DNA of 64,000 nt from an uncultured bacterium (lineage in GTDB: Bacteria; Patescibacteriota; JACMRA01): positions 416,001 through 480,000 of the forward strand of contig OY969926.1 in NCBI GenBank assembly GCA_963704645.1. The letters run 5' to 3'. Made by a program: the position numbers and the translations under genes. A model generated the notes under the pieces. The model searched no databases, had not been told where the DNA came from, and saw only the letters and a list, made by a program, of their open reading frames with translations. This document shows positions 20,080-30,133 of the stretch, piece by piece (position 1 is the stretch's first letter; each line of letters opens with the position of its first letter).

Positions 20080-21519
20080 TTAATTTTGTAGAACCGGGCC
20101 CTTGGTAACCAAAGTATTATACTGAATTATAGCTTTGGAAAGACTTTGCTGCAAAGGTTCACCGTTGTACCAATATCTTTCAAATAAATCATTCCAAATT
20201 CTTTCGGTGGCTTGAACATCAGGTTTATAATAATTATCACTGTACAAACTTCCGGCTGCGAACACTCTTAGTTTTTCATCGCCGTTTAGCTGTTCGCTAA
20301 CTATAGACTTTCTAGCAGCGGGTAAATTGGTTTTGGTTACAAACTTTCTTTGTTGTTCAGGTAAACTTAAGAAATACAAAAAACGTTCGGCCATTTCTCT
20401 TTTCTTACTTTTAGTTACATCTCTTTCTAAGTTTCTATTAATTCCATCCATAAAGAAAAATCCATAAGTTTTCTTAAAATTTAAATCTAATTGGGGAAGT
20501 GGAGCTACACCATATTGTAATCTTGAATTTCTAGAAGAAATAATGTCTTGCAAGTAACTGTAGTGAAGAATATAGGCTAGTTTTCCTTCTACAAAAGCAT
20601 CTACGTTATTTGGGCTAGAATTGTTCCAGCTATACCTATTTTTTGTTGGATCGGCAAAATCTGCGTAAAATTGCATGGCTTGGTAAGTAGGGCTGTTTGT
20701 GTCTACACTAGATTGAAAATTAGTGCTTGTAGATAAACCAGTTTGAATTTGTTTGGCATCTTTGGCTTGTCCAAAAACAGGTTGGTTTTGCTGGTAGTCA
20801 AAAAGTTGTCCACCTTGTTGGAAAATTAACAGCGGTAAAATATCTTGTAAGCGGTTAATATTTGGCTGGCCTTCAACTCCACGTCCACCAGTTCCTAATG
20901 AAATTGCACTTTGGCTAAAGTTTAATGTATTTGGATCTCTTTTGTTTAATTTAGACAACTGACCATTTAATTCGTTCCAAGTGCTAGGTACAATGGCCAC
21001 TCCACTTTGAGCTAAAATGGTTTTGTTATAGTAAAGTTGAATATTATCAATGTAGGAAGTAATAGCATAAACTTTGTCTCTGTCCATTGTATCACGCACA
21101 ACTAAATCTGCGAATTCGGTTTTATATTTGGCAAGTTCGGCAGTTTGGAATTGACGAATAGGTGTCATGTATTCCTTGTAAGCTGGTAAATCATCATTAC
21201 GAATTGTAAAAATATCAGGCCCGGCATTTTTAGCAACGTCGGCAATTAAGCTTTGGTAATATTTTACATCATATTGCTGGGTTACAATTTGCACTGTAAC
21301 GTTTGGATATAGTCTTTTAAAATCAGCAATTGTGTCTCCGTATGTTTCATTTCCATAAAATGGTTTCCACCAAGTTAAAGTTACCGGACTTGTATCTGGA
21401 GGAAGAGTAGCTGCCGATTTTGGCCAAAGTACAATGGCTAAAGTGGAAATAATTATTAATACAACAACACCAACAATAATTTGATTGGTTCTGCTTTGTA
21501 AGAAATATGGAAGCTGCAT
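20080..21519 (-). CDS. Extracellular solute-binding protein (ABC sugar-binding family)
   Basis: TM anchor, LTWW, GPDIF, LYYNK, YGVAPLPQ. No permease adjacent. Confidence 0.8.
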   Translation of the reverse strand: MQLPYFLQSRTNQIIVGVVVLIIISTLAIVLWPKSAATLPPDTSPVTLTWWKPFYGNETYGDTIADFKRLYPNVTVQIVTQQYDVKYYQSLIADVAKNAGPDIFTIRNDDLPAYKEYMTPIRQFQTAELAKYKTEFADLVVRDTMDRDKVYAITSYIDNIQLYYNKTILAQSGVAIVPSTWNELNGQLSKLNKRDPNTLNFSQSAISLGTGGRGVEGQPNINRLQDILPLLIFQQGGQLFDYQQNQPVFGQAKDAKQIQTGLSTSTNFQSSVDTNSPTYQAMQFYADFADPTKNRYSWNNSSPNNVDAFVEGKLAYILHYSYLQDIISSRNSRLQYGVAPLPQLDLNFKKTYGFFFMDGINRNLERDVTKSKKREMAERFLYFLSLPEQQRKFVTKTNLPAARKSIVSEQLNGDEKLRVFAAGSLYSDNYYKPDVQATERIWNDLFERYWYNGEPLQQSLSKAIIQYNTLVTKGPVLQN

Positions 21520-21561
21520 AATTTTTATTTTTATAATTTTTTAAAGTGGAATATCTAATTG

Positions 21562-22947
21562 TTAAAAAGGACAAGGGGCCTGAATACAATTTCCAACATA
21601 AGAGGCATTACCAAAAGTAGAGGCATTTTTTAATTGAGCACTGTTGGAAGAAAGACCGCCTGTGATACTGCTGATGTACTGACCTAAAACTGGAATTCCA
21701 CCTGCCACGCTGGTTATTGCACTAATAAATTGGTTTAAAAAGTTTTGAGCAAATTTTACAATGTCGTTTACGAAATCGGTTACAATTTTTTGAACTTGCT
21801 GTAAGAAATTACTAAATATTGCGCCTAATCCTCCGTCCTTAACTGAAGGTACAGATTTGTCTGCAGACAAGGCCGCTGCTGTTGTAACAAGTTCTCCGCT
21901 TCTCCAAAATTCACATTCTTTGGGGTTAGGAACAGCAATTTTAGTAGTGGGAATATTTAAAGCAGAATCGCCACTAGCAAAAGAAAATTGAGCATTGCTA
22001 AAATCTATAGGTGTAGTTGTAGAACTTTGCCCAAGTATTCCAGATATAGTGCCGGGGCCAGAACTATTTAGAGATGAAGATAATGTAGAGAAAGCAGCGT
22101 TATCTTGGCTGATAGCAAATTTACAACCGTCTGGAGCCTTGTCTAGGTTATTCTTAATTTTATCTTTAGTTTTTACCTTCGCGTCGGCTACAATTTTAGA
22201 TGTAGCTGTGTCAACACTGGCAGCAACTTCAGCAGGGCAAGCATTGGTTACACCTAGTAAATCACTAAGTGGTATGCCAGATACGTCTCCACAAGAAGCA
22301 CTTACAGCCACTGCAGTGGTGTTAAATTTTAAATTATCACAGGTTTCTTGAGATGGAACATTGGTTCTTTCATTGGGTGGTAATTCTAATTGGGTTGCCC
22401 GAAGGTTTTCGCAAGTACTAAAATTGGTTATGCCAGCGTAAACTGCGTTCTGAGCTTTTCCAGCTTTAGGAATAATACTGTAAGCTGCGTTAGATATTTG
22501 TGGGAATAAATCTTTTATAGAAGTTAAAGCCTGAAGAGCATTAACTAAACCTGCCCCAATTTCTTTAAGTTTCGTGAACATGCCATCAAGCTGTCTCACA
22601 CCATCTTTTAATTGATTAATTAATTGTGAAATTATTGCTACAATTGTGTTTAAAATTCCCTGAACTACACTTGCAATTAATTGTTGCAAAACTTCTTCCA
22701 CAGAAAATACTACAGAAACAGCTTGTTGAGCCTGCACAGAAATGCTTTCTAGCGGAATTAAACCATTTTTTATTTGGTTTCCAAGCCAAGTTATGTTTTC
22801 TCCTATGGGTTGAACTAACAGGCCAAGTCTGCCGTCTATATGTCGCATAGATGAGCTAGAACTAACAAGCATTGAGCTGCTAAGAATTACCATTAGCATT
22901 AAGCAAAGGCTGGAAATAAAGGTGTTAAACCAAGAAACTCTTGTCAT
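21562..22947 (-). CDS. Hypothetical secreted/membrane protein
   Basis: Signal-like N-terminus, amphipathic helices, Cys pairs. Confidence 0.65.
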   Translation of the reverse strand: MTRVSWFNTFISSLCLMLMVILSSSMLVSSSSSMRHIDGRLGLLVQPIGENITWLGNQIKNGLIPLESISVQAQQAVSVVFSVEEVLQQLIASVVQGILNTIVAIISQLINQLKDGVRQLDGMFTKLKEIGAGLVNALQALTSIKDLFPQISNAAYSIIPKAGKAQNAVYAGITNFSTCENLRATQLELPPNERTNVPSQETCDNLKFNTTAVAVSASCGDVSGIPLSDLLGVTNACPAEVAASVDTATSKIVADAKVKTKDKIKNNLDKAPDGCKFAISQDNAAFSTLSSSLNSSGPGTISGILGQSSTTTPIDFSNAQFSFASGDSALNIPTTKIAVPNPKECEFWRSGELVTTAAALSADKSVPSVKDGGLGAIFSNFLQQVQKIVTDFVNDIVKFAQNFLNQFISAITSVAGGIPVLGQYISSITGGLSSNSAQLKNASTFGNASYVGNCIQAPCPF

Positions 22948-23132
22948 ATTACTTTCATTATACCTGATAAAAAATACATGGTCAAAGTCAAAATTTATTA
23001 TTCCAAGTCACACACCTTACAATTTTTTTCTTGACTACATATTTCCTTTATTTAATAAAATAAAACAACACTTTTTTATTATCAAATACTGTTAGTAGTG
23101 TTTGATGTTTAAAATTTATTCTATATATAGTT

Positions 23133-23597
23133 ATGATTTGTCCAAAATGCCGTTCTGATAGTACAGGGGTTTATGATTCTAGGTCTACTCATGCTGGTAG
23201 AGCAATACGAAGAAGAAGACAATGTACAGATTGTTCTTACAGATTTACTACTATTGAAGAAGTTAAAGTGCTAGATTTGAAGGTGGAAAAACGAAATGGC
23301 CAAATTGTAGATTTTGATCAGGAAAAACTAGAGCTTGGTGTTCGCAAATCTTTCAATAAAAGACCAATTGATAATGATAAATTTAATAAACTATCTCAAC
23401 AAGTAATTGAAGATATATTAGAATTAGATAAAAACCCTGTAAAATCTATAAAAATTGGGCAAATTGTACTAAGAAACCTGCGTAACTTAGATGAAGCTGC
23501 TTATATTTGCTATTCCGCAATGTATGGAAATTTCAATAGTGTAGAGGATTTTAGCAAGCTTCTAACAGATTTTCAGAAAGAGAGTAGGTTGGCCTAG
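23133..23597 (+). CDS. nrdR: Transcriptional repressor NrdR
   Basis: CPKC...DSR...IRRRRQCTDC.YRFTT.E plus ATP cone. Confidence 0.95.
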   Translation: MICPKCRSDSTGVYDSRSTHAGRAIRRRRQCTDCSYRFTTIEEVKVLDLKVEKRNGQIVDFDQEKLELGVRKSFNKRPIDNDKFNKLSQQVIEDILELDKNPVKSIKIGQIVLRNLRNLDEAAYICYSAMYGNFNSVEDFSKLLTDFQKESRLA

Positions 23598-24115
23598 AAC
23601 TCTAGGTCTTGTAAATTAAGTCCGTTAATATAGTCCATTTTTGTAATAACTAAACCTTTACTCCTTAAAATTGCATATGCAATTACAACGTGAAAATACA
23701 AATTTGGTAGACCGTAATCTGTAATATAATCTAGACTGGTTTGATATTTACCAGGAATAAATGGCAACACTATTTTGTAGTTGTTTAATTCTGAATATTT
23801 TTCTAAAGGAACGGACTGCACAAACAGAATAGTTTTCTCTAATCTTTCTTTTAACTCTGTAATACTTGTTTCAGTATCTACATATTTTGGTGCTTCGGTT
23901 TGAGTAATTCTTGCAACTAAACCCTTAGCGTTATCGGATATCATTTGTATCTGTTTTGAAAAAGGAAACATGTCTGAGTACAATCTTGCGGACAAAATTT
24001 CTTGTTCTGAAATATCTTTTTCTTGAATGTGGGTTTCTACTTTGGTTAGTAAATTTAAAGCAGTATTTAAAGATTTTAAAACCATTTTTGGAGTTTGCTG
24101 AAATATGCTGGACAT
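23594..24115 (-). CDS. DUF1993 family protein
   Basis: ARLYSDMFPF.KQIQ, LPNLYFHVVIAYAILR. Confidence 0.88.
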   Translation of the reverse strand: MSSIFQQTPKMVLKSLNTALNLLTKVETHIQEKDISEQEILSARLYSDMFPFSKQIQMISDNAKGLVARITQTEAPKYVDTETSITELKERLEKTILFVQSVPLEKYSELNNYKIVLPFIPGKYQTSLDYITDYGLPNLYFHVVIAYAILRSKGLVITKMDYINGLNLQDLEF

Positions 24116-24157
24116 ATTTTCTTACTAAGCAGTTGAGCTGTTTTGGTCAATAAATGT

Positions 24158-24826
24158 TTAAACAATGTGTCTAGTATCATTTATTCTGTAAACTCTCCAA
24201 CCAAGCTTAGAATATTCTAAGTATGAAACCCCTGTATTATCAATTAACAAATTAGATGCAAAGTGTTGATCGAAGCCCATAATATGCATTAAAATAAAGT
24301 TAATAACTTTTCCGTGGGCAAAAATTGCAATGTTTAAATCTAGGTTTCTATGTTCTTCCTTATATATAATTTCAGTGTTAAACCAATTGGTAACTCTTGC
24401 TTTGGCCTCTTGAATACTTTCGCCGTTGTTTGGTTTAAACCAAGTATTTTGAGCCGATAGAATATAACTTTTAGCTAATTTTTCTTCTGGGGTGAAGTTT
24501 TTTAAATACAAATCTTCTTCAAGATCTCCAGGTTTCCATTCAACAATACTATCTACAAATGTAACTTCATTTTTAGCCCCCATATTTTCTAAACAAATTT
24601 TGGCAGTCTCTTTTGTTCTATCCAAACTAGATGAATAGACTTTATCGAAACTTTGACTATTTTTCTTAAAATACTGACCAAGCATTTTAGCCTGGTTTCT
24701 GCCAAAATCGGTTAATGGCGAGTTTCTGTCTGAAAAAGTTACATGTTCAGGGTGAGTATTAACATCACTTTGGCCATGCCTAATTAAGTGTATTCTAAAA
24801 GTATTTTCAAACGGGTAAATTGACAT
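24158..24826 (-). CDS. Histidine phosphatase family protein
   Basis: LIRHGQS, SSSLDRTKETA, AHG. Confidence 0.9.
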   Translation of the reverse strand: MSIYPFENTFRIHLIRHGQSDVNTHPEHVTFSDRNSPLTDFGRNQAKMLGQYFKKNSQSFDKVYSSSLDRTKETAKICLENMGAKNEVTFVDSIVEWKPGDLEEDLYLKNFTPEEKLAKSYILSAQNTWFKPNNGESIQEAKARVTNWFNTEIIYKEEHRNLDLNIAIFAHGKVINFILMHIMGFDQHFASNLLIDNTGVSYLEYSKLGWRVYRINDTRHIV

Positions 24827-24907
24827 AATTTTTTGAGATATGGAGCTGAAAGCTATATTTAAACTATCCCACCATTAATTTACTGTCAAAACTTACGTAT
24901 AGTTAAA

Positions 24908-25846
24908 CTAACCTTCAAACCCAATTATTTTCCACCAAAAAGGGTTGTTTAAATTGGATGTGCACCATCTAAATCTTTGCTCCATAGGGTTGTTATTAGC
25001 AAACATATTAGCTGATAAAAAACAATAGGTAAGTAAATAAGCAGCAAACTTTTGCTTTTCGTATTGGTTCATCCTACTTAACAAAATTTCAAACAAAATT
25101 TCAGAGGCATCTACACTGGATATTTTTTTATATTTATCAAATAATGCCCAGCCGATTGCAATATCAAAAATATAATCACCTTGCACTGTGCACCCGCCAA
25201 AGTCAAAAACTGAACTAATATTGAATTTTTCATCAATCAAGATATTCTCTTGAAACATATCTCCGTGAATTAAGCTATTCTCATAACTCAAGCTTTGCAA
25301 ATAATCAACCAAAAAATTATATTTTAAATTTGATTTAACTACAGTTTGCTCAAAGATTTCCCTTATGGGAATGTACCTATAAACTAAATTTTCAATTAGT
25401 AAATTTTTCCAACTGGAATATTCTTTATCAACAAAAAAACGTTCTGTAATATTTAATGGACTGTTAAAGTCAAAAAAGTCTGTCTTAATATTTTTAATTT
25501 GAAATAATGTATCAGAGTAATTTTTAATTACCAAATTGATTTGTTCTACAGATAGTTTGTTTAAAAATTCTGCAGTTGGGCAATTGCCCTCAAGTTTTTT
25601 CTCTATAACCACCATAAAGTCCTCCTCCTCCCAAATATCTAAAATTTCTGGTGTTTCAAAATTTATTTTGGAGGTTTCTAGAGAGCTATAAAACTGCTTT
25701 AATCTTCTTAAGTTTTCTATGTGATTATATTTTCCGTATACTTTGTATACTAAATTATCGCCTTTGTAGAAGGCCTTGCATTCAGTTCCACCTCCCAAAA
25801 AATGTTCCTCGTATTTCAAGTCAAATTTGTCTAAAATTTTCTGCAT
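24908..25846 (-). CDS. Aminoglycoside phosphotransferase/kinase-like protein
   Basis: LGGGTE, LIHGDMFQENILI, VFDFG. Confidence 0.8.
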   Translation of the reverse strand: MQKILDKFDLKYEEHFLGGGTECKAFYKGDNLVYKVYGKYNHIENLRRLKQFYSSLETSKINFETPEILDIWEEEDFMVVIEKKLEGNCPTAEFLNKLSVEQINLVIKNYSDTLFQIKNIKTDFFDFNSPLNITERFFVDKEYSSWKNLLIENLVYRYIPIREIFEQTVVKSNLKYNFLVDYLQSLSYENSLIHGDMFQENILIDEKFNISSVFDFGGCTVQGDYIFDIAIGWALFDKYKKISSVDASEILFEILLSRMNQYEKQKFAAYLLTYCFLSANMFANNNPMEQRFRWCTSNLNNPFWWKIIGFEG

Positions 25847-25979
25847 ATATTTAAATATCTAAGTAGTTAAAATACTCGTTTAAGACCGCCTTTTAAACAA
25901 AAAAGCGAAATTGAATTTATTAAGATTAACTTGTAAAACTATGCTTATAATAATCACTTAGTCAAATAATTTTTTGCTT

Positions 25980-26084
25980 TTAAAATAATTTAAATAAACT
26001 AATTAATAAAGCTAAATATAAAACTGAAATACTTAAGCCAACAAACACAAAACTAATGTAAATAAATCTCATTAAATCAGACAT
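25980..26084 (-). CDS. Putative 34-aa single-TM small protein
   Basis: Manual translation MSDLMRFIYISFVFVGLSISVLYLALLISLFKLF; below the ORF-track cutoff. Confidence 0.4.
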   Translation of the reverse strand: MSDLMRFIYISFVFVGLSISVLYLALLISLFKLF

Positions 26085-26182
26085 TTTTAATTATCAGCTA
26101 AGCAAACTTTTTTTGGAAAGATTAATTGCAAGTCAATTGTTGGACTTTGTTTATTTTGAGAGGTTTTACTTACTTGCACCTG

Positions 26183-26309
26183 TCGCGACGCGGTGGTTGT
26201 TGCTACTCTCAAACCCCGATATGGCGATGGGGCTTCGCCGCTACATTTGTGAAATGGCTCGTAGACTTCGCCACTACTTTGGCTTTTGGCGAGGCAGGCT
26301 CGCCGCTAC
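26183..26309 (-). repeat. Tandem cluster of 3 GTAG-type REP palindromes plus 1 degenerate copy
   Basis: Minus strand GTAGCGGCGAGCCTGCCTCGCC (26288-26309), GTAGTGGCGAAGTCTACGAGCC (26256-26277), GTAGCGGCGAAGCCCCATCGCC (26223-26244). Confidence 0.75.
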
Positions 26310-27139
26310 TGTATGCTTCCTAATTTGTTTAAAATGTCCCAGATTGTAGTTTTTTGGCTGTTGGTTAATTGGAAGGGAATAGAAGCACTCATTTGTTTTA
26401 AAGTATCTAGTTTCATGTTAGACTTTTTGGCCATTAGCACTTCGTTGCCAAGCTTAATTTGTTTGTAGGTGGCCATTTTTAGAAATAGTTTAAAGGCAAT
26501 CCACTGTTGTTTAGTTTTATAATAGTTTTCAGCAGAACTGGGTTTGTGAATTTGTAGCAAGTTTAAATTTAAAGAAAAAAATGGGTTTTCTGGAACCAGG
26601 CCTTGTAAATTCAAAGTATAATCTTTTTCCTGCAATTTTTGGTGAGATAAATTAATTTTAGCCGAAGTTAACACTCCAATTTTTTGATAAACTGGAACCA
26701 TCCAATTTTTTAATTCAGCCTTTCCTAAAACATAAAAACTGTTCTGTTGATAACCTTTAAAAGACGACCATTTCACAATATTCAGAAAACCTTTAGCAGA
26801 AATTTGAACTAGCCATTGAAATGTTAAACCAAGTTTTAGCTCTGCTTTAATATATGGTTGGTTTTGAAATAGATAGCCTTCAATTCTCTGTCCATTTTCA
26901 GACATTAAACTAAGTAAAAAATATCCCTTCCCAGAATTTCGAAATTCAATATTTAAAATTGAGGCTGTAATTAAATAGTGTAGGTTAGTGTCTTGGCTGG
27001 AATTTGTAAACGGGGTTATTGTCTGTAAACGAAAAGGAAAATAGGTAATTAAACTATACAAACTGTTTAAACCAGCGCCCTCTAAACGGGTAATTTCTGG
27101 CTTTGTGAACTGTTTAGGAAAATTACTTGTTGGCTTCAT
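26306..27139 (-). CDS. recG: RecG N-terminal (wedge/OB) half only
   Basis: L..AGL.SL..LITYFPFR, FQNQPYI, VPVY, QIHKP; ends just after the Q-motif PFQLTNSQ with no helicase motifs. Confidence 0.7.
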   Translation of the reverse strand: MKPTSNFPKQFTKPEITRLEGAGLNSLYSLITYFPFRLQTITPFTNSSQDTNLHYLITASILNIEFRNSGKGYFLLSLMSENGQRIEGYLFQNQPYIKAELKLGLTFQWLVQISAKGFLNIVKWSSFKGYQQNSFYVLGKAELKNWMVPVYQKIGVLTSAKINLSHQKLQEKDYTLNLQGLVPENPFFSLNLNLLQIHKPSSAENYYKTKQQWIAFKLFLKMATYKQIKLGNEVLMAKKSNMKLDTLKQMSASIPFQLTNSQKTTIWDILNKLGSIQ

Positions 27140-27259
27140 CTTGACAAACTTATATATTTTAGAAAAAAATAGTAGTATTGCTTTTAGTCTAGTTAAATCA
27201 AATTTTTAGAAAATAAAACTCTAGAACTTAAATTAAAACTAAATTGCGAATTCACATCT

Positions 27260-27334
27260 GGCGCTATCGTCTAATGGTTAGGACGCAGGATTTTCATTCC
27301 TGTAATCGGGGTTCAATTCCCCGTAGCGCTACCA
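27260..27334 (+). tRNA. tRNA-Glu(TTC)
   Basis: GGCGCTA/TAGCGCT acceptor stem, anticodon arm CAGGA-TTTTCAT-TCCTG, GTTCAA T-loop, encoded CCA. Confidence 0.95.
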
Positions 27335-27399
27335 AAACACAAATAAAATCAAAAAAATATTTTAACTTAAACTTGTTGGAAAATTTTACGAAATATTCT

Positions 27400-27810
27400 A
27401 TGTCATCACTAAAGACTATTCGTTGGCAACAGCGTTTCGAAAATTATCAAAAGGCACTTGCTGTTTTACAGGAAGGTTTGGCAATTAAAAAACCTTCTAA
27501 AATTGAAGAACAGGGAATTATAAAATCTTACGAATTTACTTTTGCATTAGCCTGGAAAACTTTAAAAGATTATTTAGAAAGTAAAGATTTAGAAGCCAGC
27601 TTTCCACGTGAAGTATTGAAATTAGCATACTTTTACAACATAATTTCAAATGGTGAAGTATGGTTGGAAATGTTGGAAAAAAGAAACTTGTTAACTCATA
27701 TATATGATGAGAATACTGCAAAGCAAGTTTTGAGTATAATATTGCTAAATTTCAATGCTCACTTGATAGAATTAGAGAATTTTCTAAAGTCTAAGCTAAA
27801 TGAAAAATAA
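27400..27810 (+). CDS. HI0074-family HEPN protein (nucleotidyltransferase substrate-binding; type VII TA toxin-like)
   Basis: RWQQRFENY, GIIKSYEFTF.LAWKTLKDYL, RNLLTHIY. Start reassigned to ATG 27400 because the longer ORF overlaps the tRNA. Confidence 0.88.
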   Translation: MSSLKTIRWQQRFENYQKALAVLQEGLAIKKPSKIEEQGIIKSYEFTFALAWKTLKDYLESKDLEASFPREVLKLAYFYNIISNGEVWLEMLEKRNLLTHIYDENTAKQVLSIILLNFNAHLIELENFLKSKLNEK

Positions 27811-28165
27811 CCTTAATCATCATTCTAACTTTCCATTAGAATCTAATCTAAATCCACCTAGAAATCCTTTTGGAATAACAGAAATAAGCTTTAAAGAACT
27901 AGTTTCTGTTTTAAGTTCTAACCCTGACGTATTAAAAGTTTTAGTTTTTGGCTCAAGGGCTATGGGTAACTATAAGAATAGTTCAGACATAGACTTAGCA
28001 ATAGTTTTTAAAAGTAATATAGATTTTATAACCTTTTTAGACTTAAAGGCCAGACTTCAAAACTCTAATATAATACCTTATACTGTTGATGTGATAGACT
28101 ATTCTACTATTTCAAATCCTAATTTAAAAGACCATGTTGATACTGTGGGCAAGCCCCTTTATTAA
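27800..28165 (+). CDS. Minimal nucleotidyltransferase (MNT) antitoxin-like protein
   Basis: FGSRAMGNYKNSSDIDLA; overlaps the HEPN gene. Confidence 0.88.
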   Translation: MKNNLNHHSNFPLESNLNPPRNPFGITEISFKELVSVLSSNPDVLKVLVFGSRAMGNYKNSSDIDLAIVFKSNIDFITFLDLKARLQNSNIIPYTVDVIDYSTISNPNLKDHVDTVGKPLY

Positions 28166-29164
28166 TTGCTGACAATACTTTATTTTGTGCCTACTTTAAA
28201 ACCAATTCTCAAAATTTTTAATCCTCCTGCCCACCATTGGGTTGGAGACGGTTTTAGAGTTCACAATTTTATTCCTACTGTTATACCCCAGCAAAGAGTT
28301 TCTCCGTTCATTATGTTAGACTATGGGGCTAAATTTGCTTTTCCACCAAGTAATGTTCCGCGAGGTGTTGGGGTTCATCCGCATCGTGGTTTTGAAACTG
28401 TAACCATAGCTTATAAGGGAAAAGTTGCTCACCACGACAGTGCTGGAAATTCTGGCATTATTGGTAGTGGCGAAGTACAGTGGATGACTGCTGGCAGCGG
28501 AATTCTGCATAAAGAATACCATGAAGAACAGTTCGCTAAAACCGGAGGAGATTTTCAAATGGTTCAATTATGGGTGAATTTGCCACAGGTTCACAAGATG
28601 ACAGAGCCAAAGTATCAGGCTGTAACTAGAGATTCCATAAAAAAAGTTGCTCTGCCAAATAATGCAGGATTTGTAGAAATTATTAGCGGAAATTACGAAG
28701 GAAATATTGGTCCAGCTACAACTTTTTCGCCAATAAATTTGTGGAATGTTAATTTAGGGAAAAATATCGACGAAGCTCAGAACTCTCAAAAAAATGAAAA
28801 CACAGACGAGCTCAGCTCAGAAATTACTGAAACAAAAATTTTAGATGGTGCTACTCCAGCCCATTCAATTAGTTTTGAGATAAAGTTAAATCTTCCAGAA
28901 AAATTTAATACTTTTTTAATAGCTATTGAAGGAAACATTGAAGTTAATGGCCAGAAAGTAGAGGAAAACCAATTTGTATTATTTGAAAATGATGGGGAAG
29001 AAATTACTTTAAAATCGGAAAAATCAGCAATAGTTTTAATAGCTAGCGGCGAACCTATTAACGAACCAATGGTTTCTTATGGCCCGTTTGTAATGAACAC
29101 TAAACAAGAAATTATTCAAGCCTTTGAAGACTTGGAAGCAGGCAAATTCGGCTTTTTAGAGTAG
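28166..29164 (+). CDS. Pirin family protein
   Basis: HPHRGFETVT, QWMTAGSGILHKE, QLWVNLP, YGPFVMNT. True start is probably GTG near 28187. Confidence 0.93.
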   Translation: MLTILYFVPTLKPILKIFNPPAHHWVGDGFRVHNFIPTVIPQQRVSPFIMLDYGAKFAFPPSNVPRGVGVHPHRGFETVTIAYKGKVAHHDSAGNSGIIGSGEVQWMTAGSGILHKEYHEEQFAKTGGDFQMVQLWVNLPQVHKMTEPKYQAVTRDSIKKVALPNNAGFVEIISGNYEGNIGPATTFSPINLWNVNLGKNIDEAQNSQKNENTDELSSEITETKILDGATPAHSISFEIKLNLPEKFNTFLIAIEGNIEVNGQKVEENQFVLFENDGEEITLKSEKSAIVLIASGEPINEPMVSYGPFVMNTKQEIIQAFEDLEAGKFGFLE

Positions 29165-29299
29165 GGTGAGAATGAGTATTTGTATCACCAACAGTGTTGA
29201 ATTATTTAGATTCTTAATTGGACGTATAGAATATATAAGTTTTATGTTTCTAATATCTGCAAAACAATTCTTTGTTTCATAAAAATTGACATTAATTCC

Positions 29300-29458
29300 A
29301 TGCCCATAAAAAATAAGCTAAAAGGTTTTAAAGAAAACTTACCAACCAAAATTTGTGCTAGTTGCGGAAGACCATTTCAATATAGGAAAAAGTGGAAACT
29401 TATTTGGGAAAAAGTTCAGTTTTGTTCCAAAGCTTGTAAGGGGAAAGGGAAGGTTTGA
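29300..29458 (+). CDS. DUF2256 domain protein
   Basis: Manual translation MPIKNKLKGFKENLPTKICASCGRPFQYRKKWKLIWEKVQFCSKAC... Confidence 0.85.
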   Translation: MPIKNKLKGFKENLPTKICASCGRPFQYRKKWKLIWEKVQFCSKACKGKGKV

Positions 29459-29468
29459 GCTACTCTCC

Positions 29469-29500
29469 AAAAAAATAAACCCAGTGCTTTAGAACTGGGT
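29469..29500 (-). terminator. Intrinsic terminator downstream of the 29525 gene
   Basis: Minus strand ACCCAGT-N8-ACTGGGT followed by TTATTTTTTT. Confidence 0.7.
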
Positions 29501-29524
29501 GGGTTATCCAAGGCGGATAGTTTA

Positions 29525-30133
29525 TTATGATGCTAGAAGTGCCGTTAGCTCATCTTTAGGAATTGCGCTATAAGAACATTCAGGGTCATATTGGTTTGTA
29601 ATAATCATATTTGAATTCTGTTCGTAGAAACTATACGAAAGGGGGTTTCCAATTGTGCTGCGAACGTTTGCACCTTCTTGTGTTAAAATAAGTGCAAACA
29701 TAGTTTTGCTAAACAAATTACCACGAAATACATATTGTCCATCATGGTAAAAATGTGTACAACCATCAAAAGGAACTTTCAGACCTAAACTCTCAAAAGT
29801 GTCTGCAATCCAAATTGGTTCAAGTGCCAGATAGACTCTAGTAGAATTTTCAAGATTTGAACAATCTTGAGTGCAATTCCAGGTTGCTAGCTCATCTGCT
29901 TTCAAAAAATTGATAATTAGAGATGGATCTCTAAAAAAGTTCCAATGGTTTTGGTTTAACCAATTTTCCAACTGAAAAATTTCAGACACTCCGGCCATGT
30001 TGTCACGAAGTCTTTCAACTTGTGAATAGAAATCTGACTTAAGTTGGTCGCAAATAAGTCTGTAAATTTGTCGAGCTGTTTCGAAAGCTCTATACTGCTG
30101 CTCTGCTTCTGTTTCCGTCAATTGTTTTGTCAT
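29525..30133 (-). CDS. Hypothetical protein (orphan)
   Basis: SD AGGTGAT 7 nt before ATG 30133, and AGAGGAG before the alternative GTG 30145. Confidence 0.65.
   Translation of the reverse strand: MTKQLTETEAEQQYRAFETARQIYRLICDQLKSDFYSQVERLRDNMAGVSEIFQLENWLNQNHWNFFRDPSLIINFLKADELATWNCTQDCSNLENSTRVYLALEPIWIADTFESLGLKVPFDGCTHFYHDGQYVFRGNLFSKTMFALILTQEGANVRSTIGNPLSYSFYEQNSNMIITNQYDPECSYSAIPKDELTALLAS

Noticed and set aside
26183-26309. CRISPR array
   Set aside because: The repeats are 22-nt REP palindromes separated by only about 10-16 nt, with dispersed copies elsewhere and no cas genes.
26113-26468. Three short plus-strand ORFs
   Set aside because: They arise from GC-rich REP repeats and the antisense of recG.
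27244-27399. N-terminal extension of the HEPN ORF, and ORF 36360-36566
   Set aside because: Both overlap tRNA genes and are spurious.
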